Origin: a virus
Lineage: Duplodnaviria > Heunggongvirae > Uroviricota > Caudoviricetes
Direction: 5' to 3' (one strand)
Length of the DNA stretch: 64,000 nucleotides
IMG/VR virus record: IMGVR_UViG_3300021961_000056
The notes beneath the pieces were generated by a model. It was not told the DNA's origin and did not search any database. It worked only from the letters and a program-made list of their open reading frames with translations. A program made the translations under genes and the position numbers. Positions 56,452-64,000 of this stretch are shown in pieces. Every line of letters starts with the position of its first letter. The first letter of the stretch is position 1.

Positions 56452-57818
56452 AAAAGTTACAGGTTGCAGTTGCATTTGCCTTATCTCTTGTAGCATTTAG
56501 TAGCTGCAAACCCCAAGTTGTGGTACAAACTTGGATGGATCCTTGCACCAACACCGTTCAGACTGCAACATTTCCTTTGAACGGTGCTGGTGTTTTGGTG
56601 ATGTATCGTGGTGCTTCCAAAGTGTTTACAGCACAACAAGCACAAGCAGGTGAATTAATGGCTTGGATTCAACAAGTCACTGTGAGTGTGCCTTGTCCAG
56701 TTGCCAATAATCCTGTGGTGACACAAACAGCTACACAAACAGCAACACAAGCTGCCACACAGGCAGCATCAGCCGCAGCTAGTGCCGCAGCAAGTTCAGC
56801 AGCATCATCGGCAGCAAGTAGTGCAGCCAGTTCTGCAGCTGGGTCAGCTGCCAGTTCTGCTGCAGGATCAGCAGCAGGTTCAGCTGCCACATCAGCCGCA
56901 ACATCTACACCAGCGCCCGCTGCTCCTGCAACACCCGCACCAAGTAGCAGTTCCTCATCTACTCCTGCACCAAGTAGCAGTAGTTCTGAGTCTGCTCCTT
57001 CATCTAGCAGTAGTTCTAGCAGTTCTGAAACGAAAACAGAATCATCTTCCTCATCCTCATCTGAAAGCAAGTCGGAAAGTTCAGAAAGCAAATCAGAAAG
57101 TAGTTCTGAAAGCAAATCAGAAGAAAAATCTGAAGAAAAGAAGGAAGAGAAAAAGGAAGAAAAGAAAAAATCTGAAAGTGCGAACCCAATTATGGTGGCA
57201 TCTGACCTAACTACAGGACAAAATCCTGATGGTAGTTTAACAGCATTGTTCACCGTGGGTGTATCACAATCATCTTTGGCTGGTGACAAGAGTTATGGTG
57301 GGACTGCCATTATTTGGACCACACTGGATCAAGCTGCCGTGTCAGGTAGCTACACCAAGATGCATTTTGAAAAAGGAAAATTGAAAAGCATCAGCAGTCA
57401 TTCTGCCACGGTGGCATATTTGAAAGGTACGAAAATGACCTTGGTGGGATACACCTGGGTGAAGCCTGACCCACGTTGGGGTGTATATGGTGTAAGCAGT
57501 GGCTTGATTGCCTTGTTCATGCCTGATGGTGGAGCACCTAGTTATGCCACCAGTTTGGTAGGATTCTGGATGCATCCACCCATCACATTGAATGAACGCA
57601 TGGTGTTGTCACCACAATTCTTTGTGATGGCAAGTCCTGTGTCATACAATGACATGACGAAATTGGTGACAAACAAAGCCACTAGCATGATGATAGGTAA
57701 TTCATTAGATTACAAAGTAACAAAACGTTTCGGTGCCACATTTGCACACCGGGTGATGATTGTAAATGGACAACGCCCATTAAACTTCCTACTTGTAGGA
57801 TCGAGGATGACGTTATAA
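56448..57818 (+). CDS. lipoprotein with long low-complexity Ala/Ser/Glu/Lys linker and C-terminal beta-rich domain
   Basis: Lipobox AFSSC; ~150-aa linker. Confidence 0.5.
   Translation: MKKLQVAVAFALSLVAFSSCKPQVVVQTWMDPCTNTVQTATFPLNGAGVLVMYRGASKVFTAQQAQAGELMAWIQQVTVSVPCPVANNPVVTQTATQTATQAATQAASAAASAAASSAASSAASSAASSAAGSAASSAAGSAAGSAATSAATSTPAPAAPATPAPSSSSSSTPAPSSSSSESAPSSSSSSSSSETKTESSSSSSSESKSESSESKSESSSESKSEEKSEEKKEEKKEEKKKSESANPIMVASDLTTGQNPDGSLTALFTVGVSQSSLAGDKSYGGTAIIWTTLDQAAVSGSYTKMHFEKGKLKSISSHSATVAYLKGTKMTLVGYTWVKPDPRWGVYGVSSGLIALFMPDGGAPSYATSLVGFWMHPPITLNERMVLSPQFFVMASPVSYNDMTKLVTNKATSMMIGNSLDYKVTKRFGATFAHRVMIVNGQRPLNFLLVGSRMTL
56720..57180 (+). repeat. low-complexity coding repeats (GCAGC/AGTAGC/GAAAGCAAATCAGAA/GAAGAGAAAAAG units)
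   Basis: Iterated short codon repeats encoding (TATQ)n, (SAA)n, S-runs, (SESK)n, (EEKK)n. Confidence 0.7.
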
Positions 57819-57849
57819 ATATATCAAGACCTTTGATGAGTGATAGATT

Positions 57850-58524
57850 ATGAATAAAGATTATATATTAAGTGAACTAGATAAATGGGTTTCAGATAAG
57901 GGTAATGGCGGTTACGTAGGAAAAGATTTCAACCCTTATCATGCAATGCATTATCATTTTCTTAATGAAGAAGTTGGTATACAACAGAACCGTGAAGAAC
58001 TATCTAAATTTATAGATGTGCTATTGAAACAACCGAATAGAAATACTTGTTTAGAAATAGGATTAGGTTTTTTTGGCAGTACTCATTTTCTTTGGCGTCA
58101 TTTGTTTGACAAAGTAGTTACCATTGAAAAAAATTTTGAGCGTGTTAGAGAATTTGGAAGAAACATGAAGGAGTTTTACAATGAGTGGGTTTTAAATTCT
58201 GGAGATTCTCAGTTTTTTGTTGGTTATTCCAACAATGAAAAAATAATATCTGAAGTGTACAGCCAAGTAGAACCATTAGATTTTTTGTTCATTGATGGTA
58301 ATCATTCATATGAATCTGTTCTTTGTGATTTTCTTTTATATTATCCATTAGTGAAAGAACAAGGCATTATTGCATTCCATGATACCGCCATGTCTGAAGA
58401 TAACGTAGGTGTACCTAAGTTAATCACAGAAATTCAAACAGGAAAATTCACGAATGGTCGGCGTGTAACAATACATGATATAGTAGAAAACAGATGGTCA
58501 GGATTAAGTTACTTTTACAAATAA
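57850..58524 (+). CDS. class I SAM-dependent methyltransferase (TylF/CmcI-like O-methyltransferase family)
   Basis: LEIGLGFFGST (motif I) and FIDGNHSYESV. Confidence 0.6.
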   Translation: MNKDYILSELDKWVSDKGNGGYVGKDFNPYHAMHYHFLNEEVGIQQNREELSKFIDVLLKQPNRNTCLEIGLGFFGSTHFLWRHLFDKVVTIEKNFERVREFGRNMKEFYNEWVLNSGDSQFFVGYSNNEKIISEVYSQVEPLDFLFIDGNHSYESVLCDFLLYYPLVKEQGIIAFHDTAMSEDNVGVPKLITEIQTGKFTNGRRVTIHDIVENRWSGLSYFYK

Positions 58525-58539
58525 CACAAGGTAAACAAA

Positions 58540-59343
58540 ATGTACCTCACAGAAAGCCACAAAATATATAAGATGAGTGAGTTGTTGGATGAAATGCAAT
58601 ATGAAAATTTTTTAAGTTCTGCCAAATCTTGGTTGGAAAAAGGTGCTGAACTTGATAACGTCAAGACACCATTATACTTTTTAAGCTGGTCTCCTAGAAT
58701 TCAAGAACTATTCCAGGCTGCACACCCAGAAGAATATGCTCGCATCATTGAAGAAGATGCCTTCACTTATGCAGATTATCTTAAAATGGTGGAAATCAAT
58801 AAAATTCATGGTGTAAATCTACCTGACGCTCCAGTGAATGTTCCAGGTGTTGATACAGATGCTGATTATTTCAATTTCTATTTGGTATCCAGACCGTTAA
58901 ATGAGGACAATGAAGATAACGCATTCCCTCATCTTGCAGGATTTTTTCAAGAAGCAAGTGCCAATATTCTTTTGGATTTGTATGGGAAAAAAGGATTACC
59001 TGAAATGGGATTTATTGACCATATGAACATTTATCCAAAAGGATCTTTTATAGCGTTACATCATGATGGAGCAGTTGTTGATGCAGCTGCGCCACGTTTA
59101 TTTGTGATATTGTTTTTCTTGTGTGAAAATAGAACAAAAGAAGATGGTTCTGTGTTAAGACTTCACACACCAGAAGGGTTGGTTGAAATAGTCCCAGACC
59201 TTAATACCGTGGTGGTTTTAGAACAAAATCAAATAGATGTACCGCATGATGTAACTGAAAATCTTTCAGATGCAGTGCGTTACACTTTATATTGTAATTT
59301 CACTAAAAGAATTTATGACAAATTAATGGCAGAGGCAGAGTAA
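58540..59343 (+). CDS. putative 2OG-Fe(II) oxygenase-superfamily protein
   Basis: IALHHDGAV (HxD) with downstream LRLH. Confidence 0.5.
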   Translation: MYLTESHKIYKMSELLDEMQYENFLSSAKSWLEKGAELDNVKTPLYFLSWSPRIQELFQAAHPEEYARIIEEDAFTYADYLKMVEINKIHGVNLPDAPVNVPGVDTDADYFNFYLVSRPLNEDNEDNAFPHLAGFFQEASANILLDLYGKKGLPEMGFIDHMNIYPKGSFIALHHDGAVVDAAAPRLFVILFFLCENRTKEDGSVLRLHTPEGLVEIVPDLNTVVVLEQNQIDVPHDVTENLSDAVRYTLYCNFTKRIYDKLMAEAE

Positions 59344-59349
59344 GATATC

Positions 59350-60108
59350 ATGATAAATGAAATGAATTTGTTAGAGAAAAGTGCATTGTTTGCCAAGATG
59401 AGCAATCATTGCTATAGCAATACAGAATTTATGCGCATCAAATATGAAGATTATGATGTAAAATACTACGGCAACAAAGGTGCTGACGCCTATGTATTGG
59501 AAGATGACAATGATGTAATTGTTGTGTGTCGTGGCACAGAAGTGAAACAAATTGCTGATGTCAAAGCTGATTTAAGCATTTCTCGGACATCTGCCATTCA
59601 AGGTAAAATACACATTGGCTTCAATCATTACGTGGATAAAATCTGGGCTGGTATTTTAACACGTGGCATGGATGCCAAGAAAAACAACAAAGCTCTTTGG
59701 TTGACTGGACATAGTTTAGGTGCCGCCATGGCCACCATCATGGCATATCGTTTTGCCACCTATGATTTAGGTCCAACACCATCAGGATTGTTCACCTATG
59801 GTAGTCCACGTGTCGGTAATAGAAAATTCATTAATTATTTCAACACACTTCCATTTGAGCATCATCGGTGGGTGAATGATGGTGACATTGTTACCAAGAT
59901 TCCCTTGGTGCCATTCTTCTATCATTGCGGAACAATGCATCACATCAATAGCAAAGGAGAAGTCACATTGAATTATGAAAGAACCTTCAATCCTTTGAAG
60001 TTGTTGGGATTGACAAGTCCACGTGGTATCCTTAATACCATTATGGGTGATGCCAAAGACCATAGCTCAGACAATTATCGTATTTTCCTGACAGCAGCTC
60101 TATCGTAA
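59350..60108 (+). CDS. class 3 lipase-family alpha/beta hydrolase
   Basis: VVCRGTE...LTGHSLGAAMAT...YGSPRVGN (Lipase_3 GHSLG nucleophile elbow). Confidence 0.75.
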   Translation: MINEMNLLEKSALFAKMSNHCYSNTEFMRIKYEDYDVKYYGNKGADAYVLEDDNDVIVVCRGTEVKQIADVKADLSISRTSAIQGKIHIGFNHYVDKIWAGILTRGMDAKKNNKALWLTGHSLGAAMATIMAYRFATYDLGPTPSGLFTYGSPRVGNRKFINYFNTLPFEHHRWVNDGDIVTKIPLVPFFYHCGTMHHINSKGEVTLNYERTFNPLKLLGLTSPRGILNTIMGDAKDHSSDNYRIFLTAALS

Positions 60109-60170
60109 GTTGTTGATTTTCAAGCACTTAGCGGGGTCTTGACAAAGGCCCCGCTTTTTGTTATATTTCA
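60105..60170 (+). promoter_or_regulatory. Stem-loop/promoter cassette copy 6: TTGACA(60139-60144)-17bp-TATATT(60162-60167), with terminator-like hairpin AGCGGGG/CCCCGCT + TTTTT around -35
   Basis: GTAAGTTGTTGATTTTCAAGCACTTAG then GC hairpin 60128-60153 followed by T5. Confidence 0.7.
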
Positions 60171-60195
60171 TCTATAACTTCAACACGAGGATTTC

Positions 60196-60384
60196 ATGAC
60201 TTCCGACATGATGGACCCGAATCTCTGTATCTGTGGTGAGGACATGGCGCTGGACGTGGAGTTCTGTAGCAAGGAATGTGAGCGAGATTATCATGATGTG
60301 CTGGCGATGCATCATTATGAGCGTGAGATGGAGACACAGCACACCATCTATGTTAATATGAAGACCGGAGAATGGACTTCATGA
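60196..60384 (+). CDS. small Cys-rich protein
   Basis: 62 aa, CICGE...CSKEC. Confidence 0.4.
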   Translation: MTSDMMDPNLCICGEDMALDVEFCSKECERDYHDVLAMHHYEREMETQHTIYVNMKTGEWTS

Positions 60385-60647
60385 TTAAAATCACCAGCAT
60401 TCACAATCCTGCCATTGCTGTGTTAAGTGGTAAGACGATAGTGATGCCTACTTGGACCGTGGTGCCTGATGGTACCACACTGGATGACATTGATTGGATC
60501 CGTCCTGTTCAGGTGAAGGCCGAGGTGAAGATGAAGCACGTAGGCAAGTATATTGTGAACATCTATGAAGATGGGAGAGTATCATGCGATTGCCCTGGGT
60601 TTACTTATCGGAAAAAGTGCAAGCACTCCGCGGAGTATTTGGCATGA
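60372..60647 (+). CDS. small protein with SWIM-type zinc finger
   Basis: CDCPGFTYRKKCKHSAE (CxCx(n)CxH). Confidence 0.45.
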   Translation: MDFMIKITSIHNPAIAVLSGKTIVMPTWTVVPDGTTLDDIDWIRPVQVKAEVKMKHVGKYIVNIYEDGRVSCDCPGFTYRKKCKHSAEYLA

Positions 60648-60850
60648 CGGATGGCATGTGGATTCAGCGACAAATTCACAAGCATGAATTATATGAAATT
60701 TGCATCAGTTGCAAGGAAGTAACTGGCACACCAAAAACGCTTGACATTGAAAAACGGTTATATTACATTGAAGGTGCAGGCCAGTTGTGTCGAGATTGTT
60801 GGGAAGCCCTTTACCCTTTGCCGGAGAAGAAATATGACGAACTTGGTTAA
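60644..60850 (+). CDS. small Cys-rich hypothetical protein
   Basis: 68 aa from ATG 60644 (ATGA overlap). Confidence 0.35.
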   Translation: MTDGMWIQRQIHKHELYEICISCKEVTGTPKTLDIEKRLYYIEGAGQLCRDCWEALYPLPEKKYDELG

Positions 60851-61088
60851 GACGAACGACCTGAAGAAGGGAACCCGTGTACGGCTGGAGAATGGGTGGT
60901 ATGCCACATTGGTGGACAATGCCCGAGGCAACACGCGTATGGCCACGGTGGAGGGATATTACACCGAGACAGGTAGTGTGTATGCTCATGACATTGTGGA
61001 GGCGGAGATTGCCAACGCCTGGGTCACGGTGACTCACACGCCTCAGCAGCAGAAGATGAAGCAGGCTGTGAAGACCTGGGGATTCTGA
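60834..61088 (+). CDS. hypothetical protein
   Basis: 84 aa from ATG 60834. Confidence 0.35.
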   Translation: MTNLVKTNDLKKGTRVRLENGWYATLVDNARGNTRMATVEGYYTETGSVYAHDIVEAEIANAWVTVTHTPQQQKMKQAVKTWGF

Positions 61089-61210
61089 TGCTATTCAAGA
61101 TTAGTGTGGTGTTGGTGGGATTGTTCGCCATTGTGGTGTTACTCTCCGCCATTTATGCTCACATCAGCTATGCGCTCATCAAAATGGATGAGGAGAGGGA
61201 CATCTCATGA
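61088..61210 (+). CDS. tiny hydrophobic peptide 1 (40 aa)
   Basis: MLFKISVVLVGLFAIVVLLSAIYAHISYALIKMDEERDIS; ATGA-coupled to neighbours. Confidence 0.3.
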   Translation: MLFKISVVLVGLFAIVVLLSAIYAHISYALIKMDEERDIS

Positions 61211-61290
61211 CTTGGGATTGGTTGTTCGGAGGCAAGTTGTTTCTGATTTCACTGGTAATCATGTTCATCCTTGACAAGGTGGTAAAATGA
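61207..61290 (+). CDS. tiny hydrophobic peptide 2 (27 aa)
   Basis: MTWDWLFGGKLFLISLVIMFILDKVVK. Confidence 0.25.
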   Translation: MTWDWLFGGKLFLISLVIMFILDKVVK

Positions 61291-61388
61291 GCTCTATAGG
61301 ACTTTGGTTAAGCCGAGGAAATGCAGGATGGGTGTCGGCAGCAATTGGATTCATCATCATCATTTTTCTAATCATCACTGAGGATTAA
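61287..61388 (+). CDS. tiny hydrophobic peptide 3 (33 aa)
   Basis: MSSIGLWLSRGNAGWVSAAIGFIIIIFLIITED. Confidence 0.25.
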   Translation: MSSIGLWLSRGNAGWVSAAIGFIIIIFLIITED

Positions 61389-61577
61389 ATGTCAAACAAG
61401 TGGGAGTATCTGGACGAGGAGTACGAGGAGTATCAAAGTTGGGAACCTATCCGAAAGGATAATAGCCCCACAGGTAGCCTTACCGATAACCTCCGATATG
61501 TGGAGCCCAATAGGAATGGTGCTCATAAGCGTGACCGTGAGCATCGGCGTCGGATGAAAGAGTTTCAGGATGCCTAA
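61389..61577 (+). CDS. small acidic/basic hypothetical protein
   Basis: 62-aa ORF. Confidence 0.4.
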   Translation: MSNKWEYLDEEYEEYQSWEPIRKDNSPTGSLTDNLRYVEPNRNGAHKRDREHRRRMKEFQDA

Positions 61578-61971
61578 AAAAAGAAAAGGCGGACGACCTT
61601 TAAAAAAGGTGAAGAACCGCCCTATTTGCTTGAATCCCGGGTGTGGGCGACCTGTCACTCATTGTGGATCACGTTGGAGACCTTTTTGCCAAAGATGTCA
61701 TGTGGCAGGATACAAGAAACTCCCGCTCCCTGAAGGTGTCACTTCATTTAAAACAGGAAAATGCAGTAATTCTGATGGGCATCTAGGATTCATGTGTGGA
61801 TGGGATTATGAGAAATCACCCTGGGCCTTGGGTCTCACACAAATAGACCATAAAGATGGTAACCATTGGAACAACACACCAGAAAACGCTGATGAGTTGT
61901 GTGACCCCTGCCATACCATGAAAGGAATGTTGCAAGGGGATTATAAATTACAAAATAAAAAGAAAGTATGA
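61570..61971 (+). mobile_element. freestanding HNH endonuclease gene
   Basis: 133 aa; QIDHKDGNHWNNTPENADELCDPCH (HNH His-Asn-His core) plus N-terminal CxxC pairs. Confidence 0.8.
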
Positions 61972-61979
61972 ATATATGT

Positions 61980-62894
61980 TTATAGCATATTGATGATGCT
62001 TTTATATAATGGATATTGATGTTGCCACCCATGATGAGTGGCATCAGCTCCTGGAAAATATTGATAATCTTGAAACTTTCCCCATCCTCCTTCTGTGTTG
62101 TTCAATGACACATACACACAAGGAACATTGGTGATGTGCTCAACATTAGACACATCTTCTGGCTTCCAAGATGTTGAGGGAAAAATGTTATATACTTTAC
62201 TATTTGTTGCTCGCAGCATCATGTGTGTGGATAGAAAATGCATGATGAAATTGTTGCTATACACCACAGGTGATGACAACACCTGCTGATATTCAATGTT
62301 ATACACCTGGTCAGATGAAAAATGTTCTGGGTGTATTCGTTGATTACCATAATTCAACAACGCCCAGGAATCATCTTCTCGCAACACGGAATGTATGCTA
62401 GGTTCTGGCCAAAATATAAACACACGTTCTGGCATCGGGAGTTCTACAGGAGGATGCTGTAACCAGGCCATGAGAGTGTGATGGATATATGATGCCCCCA
62501 CTCCTGCCTTGCCTAAATTCACCAATTGTCGATTGGTGTTCTGTTCATATAATGTGGTCCAATGTTCTTGTTTGCGAACACCCACACCTTCCACACAGCA
62601 GCATCCAATGGTTAAATCATATTTGGAGGCAACATTCACCCATTCATAGGTGCGATATCCTTGTGAGTTGAAATGATAGAAATCTTCTTCAATGTCACGA
62701 TAAGGCCAAACATCTTCTGGAATGTTCAGGGATGTGACATGCTGCAACATTTCTTGATATCGTAATTCATCATAGGTGTTATGAAATTTACATGCTCCAC
62801 GCCGAGGAAATGATGGAATGTTCCAATTTTTTCGTGGTGAAAACACATCCAGCTCCAAGTGTCTGCGCATCTGAATGCTCCTCATATGTTTCAT
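61980..62894 (-). CDS. hypothetical protein, divergent member of the SGNH-like paralog family (Ser replaced by Cys)
   Basis: LTIGCCCVEGVG resembles the G(D/C)S(W/F)TEG block of the four + strand paralogs. Confidence 0.45.
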   Translation of the reverse strand: MKHMRSIQMRRHLELDVFSPRKNWNIPSFPRRGACKFHNTYDELRYQEMLQHVTSLNIPEDVWPYRDIEEDFYHFNSQGYRTYEWVNVASKYDLTIGCCCVEGVGVRKQEHWTTLYEQNTNRQLVNLGKAGVGASYIHHTLMAWLQHPPVELPMPERVFIFWPEPSIHSVLREDDSWALLNYGNQRIHPEHFSSDQVYNIEYQQVLSSPVVYSNNFIMHFLSTHMMLRATNSKVYNIFPSTSWKPEDVSNVEHITNVPCVYVSLNNTEGGWGKFQDYQYFPGADATHHGWQHQYPLYKSIINML

Positions 62895-63601
62895 AAACTA
62901 ATGGCCCGATGTTCCGTGATGTAATCTTGTTCCATGATGTTCAATTGTTGAAGATGATGCAATTTTGCTTGTCGAGACAACCCCATCCAATGTTTCTCAT
63001 GATTTTCTATAACACCTTGAAAATTGGGACGAATAACATTCACTGAGAAATATTTGTTGGCATCATGGATGGGAATGTTCTGTTGTTGAGCATATTCCAA
63101 CAATTGCACTCTGGGCCCTTGCATTTCTCGGTTCACTTGATAGGCATCTGACAATAAATGCATGGTGTTCACATCCATGTAAAGGCCAGCATCTTGACAT
63201 CGAAGTTTCATTTCCCGTGTGTATCCTGATGAGGTTTTCATCAGTTCCATGCGTTGTTCCAATTCCGTGACATATAATCCTGGCGCATCTGGTAATGCAT
63301 CATGCACTGTGATCCAGCTATCTGGACGCATTTCCATGACCATGCCAGACAATTCTTGTTGTTTCAACACCTGGGTGAGATAGCGTTGACTTTGCCAACT
63401 GCTCGTGATGTGTGTGGGTCTGGGAACAATGTAGATGCGATGTGGATATGGCGCAAAATCTTCATGCAATTGTTGCAATATATCCCAGGTGATGCTTTCA
63501 TTCCAGGTGATGAAATGAAACATGGCGTTGGGAAATTGCTGAAAGGTGTTGTGTTTACACAACATCCAGGTTCTGACATGACCACGAATCACCACGTTCA
63601 T
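62891..63601 (-). CDS. hypothetical protein
   Basis: Likely start at internal Met (MNVVIRGH, plus-strand CAT at 63599-63601), ATGA-coupled to upstream gene; ORF track extends to 63706. Confidence 0.45.
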   Translation of the reverse strand: MNVVIRGHVRTWMLCKHNTFQQFPNAMFHFITWNESITWDILQQLHEDFAPYPHRIYIVPRPTHITSSWQSQRYLTQVLKQQELSGMVMEMRPDSWITVHDALPDAPGLYVTELEQRMELMKTSSGYTREMKLRCQDAGLYMDVNTMHLLSDAYQVNREMQGPRVQLLEYAQQQNIPIHDANKYFSVNVIRPNFQGVIENHEKHWMGLSRQAKLHHLQQLNIMEQDYITEHRAISL

Positions 63602-64000
63602 AGCTGGCGTCCTCCTTGCCCCCGCGCACGTCCCAGCACCCATCCTGCAGGTAATGGAAATGTAATGTTCATGAGATGTTCCCGACCTGCTGGATCCACC
63701 ATCCATCTGCGCTTCATTTTCCGCATCTGCCCCCAGCTCATTTTTCTTCTGGTGTGCATGCTATGTTTTCTGTTGTACATGGGATTACCATCTCGCAAAT
63801 ACATCAGCTTCTTGTTTCGGGAGATTTTCGCTCTATGTGATGCTGACAATCCCCCAGTGTTGGGATTGTTCTTGCCACGTTTCCTTTCACGCATTCTTTC
63901 TCGGCCCGCTGGCGTGATGCCTGTGTGTTGTTTCGTAACCAGATCCAACACTTCTCGGGATTGTTTCCCAGCCCAGCTTCTGGCATCTTGAATGGTTCTG
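63598..64000 (-). mobile_element. 3' part of a gene with two NUMOD3-like motifs (probable homing-endonuclease DNA-binding region); open to window edge
   Basis: GKNNPNTGGLSASHRAKIS and GNPMYNRKHSMHTRRKMS; no stop codon in frame between 63951 and window end. Confidence 0.5.

Noticed and set aside
56669-57289. ORFs 56669-57289 (-) and 56782-57210 (+, alternative frame) with repetitive translations
   Set aside because: Both lie inside the low-complexity linker of the lipoprotein gene 56448-57818. The iterated GCAGC/AGTAGC/GAAAG codon repeats keep several frames open artefactually.

Overview
This window reads as an early/replication-type region of a T4-like myovirus, with almost every gene on the + strand. 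It has a recognisable T4 core in near-T4 order: sliding clamp gp45, clamp loader gp44/gp62, translational repressor RegA, family-B DNA polymerase gp43, UvsX recombinase, gp41 helicase, gp61-like primase and RNase H. Auxiliary genes seen in marine T4-like phages are also present: CobS-like AAA+ ATPase plus a vWA/CobT-like protein, a ClpP-like protease, IbpA-type Hsp20, ThyX, MazG, a ribonucleotide reductase, thioredoxin, and phytanoyl-CoA-dioxygenase/2OG-Fe(II) oxygenases. A GH19 endolysin and several virion-like proteins are embedded. I can fold 29 tRNA genes by eye (43.28-49.93 kb), in sub-blocks separated by small protein genes, and the first block sits directly downstream of a conserved promoter cassette. 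Six copies of a ~65-bp cassette combine a short stem-loop with a perfect sigma70-like promoter (TTGACA-17 bp-TATATT). Three more sigma70-like promoters lack the hairpin, and there are two strong intrinsic-terminator hairpins and several T4-late-like TATAAATA boxes. The accessory content is unusual in three ways. (1) Five paralogous SGNH/GDSL hydrolase-like genes, three paralogous GT10 (fucosyltransferase-like) glycosyltransferases, a GT2, an LpxH-like phosphoesterase, a TagD-like cytidylyltransferase, a TylF-like methyltransferase, 2OG oxygenases and a class-3 lipase together look like a large, partly AT-rich surface-glycan/lipid modification toolkit. (2) Nine to ten consecutive genes encode signal-peptide, lipoprotein or membrane proteins (50.4-57.8 kb), including a secreted Serratia/EndoG-type nuclease, a dockerin-motif giant protein and a possible polysaccharide-lyase lipoprotein. 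(3) RNA-directed enzymes sit beside the tRNA set: a SpoU/TrmH methyltransferase, a DUF458 RNase-H-like protein and a 593-aa protein with a C-terminal HxGH adenylyltransferase domain. Freestanding HNH and GIY-YIG nucleases and a truncated NUMOD3-repeat gene at the 3' edge indicate homing-endonuclease activity. All calls are from reading the sequence and ORF translations; no database search was run.
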